Below the pieces are notes generated by a model. That model saw only the letters and a list, made by a program, of their open reading frames with translations, did not search any database and had not been told where the DNA came from. From NCBI GenBank assembly GCA_033442325.1, contig JAWQFM010000007.1, forward strand, positions 420,095 to 439,068: a DNA stretch of 18,974 bases. Direction: 5' to 3'. Source of the DNA: Salpingoeca rosetta. Lineage: Eukaryota; Protista; Choanoflagellata. Positions 17,930 to 18,974 of this stretch are shown here, piece by piece. The translations under genes and the position numbers were made by a program. Within the stretch, counting starts at the first letter, position 1, and each line of letters opens with the position of its first letter.

Positions 17930-18054
17930 GTTGTACTGCTTAAAGCTAATTGTGCGACCACGGCACTTGAAGTTACTGCAGCTGTGCAACTCTTGTAACT
18001 TTGGGCTGACGTCACAGATGTCATGACAGATGTCATTGTATCCAGCGCGGCAGG

Positions 18055-18062
18055 AAAAAAAA
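18055..18062 (-). terminator. Pol III oligo-T terminator of tRNA copy 2
   Basis: A8 on the plus strand (T8 on the minus strand), ~11 nt 3' of the tRNA. Confidence 0.8.
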
Positions 18063-18073
18063 TGAATTGGCAG

Positions 18074-18145
18074 TAGCGATTGGCGGTTTCGATCCGCCGA
18101 CCTTGGGATTATGAGACCCACGCTCTCCCGCTGAGCTAAATCGCT
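18074..18145 (-). tRNA. tRNA-Met (CAT), initiator-type, copy 2
   Basis: Identical to copy 1 except for one D-loop base (AGCGGGA vs AGCGGAA). Confidence 0.95.
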
Positions 18146-18277
18146 TCTACTTGTTAAATAGGGTGAAATTTACTTTTATGTATCTGTTGAAAAAATGGTG
18201 CTGCTTTGCTTTGTGCGTTGTGGCTGTTTGACGATGAACTGCATTCAGCACACGCACTCGACACACCGCACCGCAGG

Positions 18278-18682
18278 ATGGCCAGCGACACGCAAGCGGT
18301 TGCGGCGGAGATGGTCGCGGCCCATCACGAGGAGCAACGCCCAGAAGAGCAGCAAAACCCAGAGGAGGAAGAGGAGGAGGCAAAGCAGTGCGTGGAATGT
18401 GAGGACCAGGTGGCGGAGGTGGAGTGCCTGGACTGTGGAGAGTTTTTCTGCAGACCGTGTCGTGATCAGCAACACCGCAAAGGCAAGCGGCGGGCTCACC
18501 GAACGCGGCGTCTGCTGGGCAAACTTGTGGCCCAAGGCATGGGCACCGTTGTTGGCCAAGGTATTGGTTGCGTGAGTGTGTGTGCGTGTGCGTGCGTGCG
18601 TGTGTGCGTGTGTGTGGGTGCGTGTGTGCGTGTGCGTGTGTGTGCGTGCGTGTGCGTGCGTGCGTGTGTGTGGGTGCGTGCG

Positions 18683-18750
<68 letters not shown>

Positions 18751-18974
18751 TGTGTGTGTGCGTGTGTGTGTATGTGTGTGTGTGTGCGTGTGTGTGCACC
18801 TCTTCTCCAAGACCGGAACAGCGCACTCGCAAATTGCCCACATTCACGCACACACCCATGTGCATCGCTAATTGCCTTCCAGAGGCGGGTGCCGCCGAAG
18901 AGGACGACAAGGGGAAGCATCCATCCGCTCACGAAGAGTCGAGCGCGCCGCCAACTACAAACGGCGGCGAGCAT
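18278..18974 (+). CDS. 5' part of a B-box zinc-finger protein, possibly UPF0652/DUF2009-like. Exons: 18278-18560 and 18883 to >18974.
   Basis: CVECEDQVAEVECLDCGEFFCRPCRDQQHRKGKRRAH fits C-x2-C-x8-C-x2-C-x4-C-x2-C-x4-H-x7-H, a B-box-type finger. A phase-1 intron (GT 18561, GCTAAT branch-like site, AG 18882) joins an open second exon. Confidence 0.8.

Noticed and set aside
17633-18121. 162-aa ORF with an internal repeat (GLIIPRSADRNRQSLL twice)
   Set aside because: The repeat is simply the two tRNA genes translated.
17854-18145. tRNA-derived SINEs
   Set aside because: Similarity is confined to intact 72-nt tRNA bodies with immediate oligo-T terminators; there is no shared tail or target-site duplication.

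Overview
Intron-rich eukaryotic genomic DNA packed with (TG/CA)n microsatellites, with poly-Gln-rich coding exons and two N gaps. This style is most consistent with a choanoflagellate such as Salpingoeca rosetta (inference). Splicing GT-AG exons by hand, with phase checks, gives four protein genes. (1) A minus-strand gene of more than 1324 aa (5493 to <84), mostly disordered, with a small Caprin-1 HR1-like helical core. (2) A divergently transcribed F-box protein with a degenerate WD40-like C-terminus (5671 to ~10364); its first intron carries a compositionally foreign insert. (3) A 15-exon, ~1018-aa signalling adaptor (11150-17332) with the order SAM - CUE - SH2 - IRS-type PTB-like - CUEDC1-like/MIU motif. 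This is the best novelty candidate. (4) The 5' end of a B-box zinc-finger gene (18278 onward). Two tandem minus-strand tRNA-Met(CAT) genes carry initiator hallmarks but have an elongator-like U31.U39 pair. Most ORFs in the supplied track are microsatellite or antisense artefacts. All domain calls come from motif recognition by eye, not database searches.
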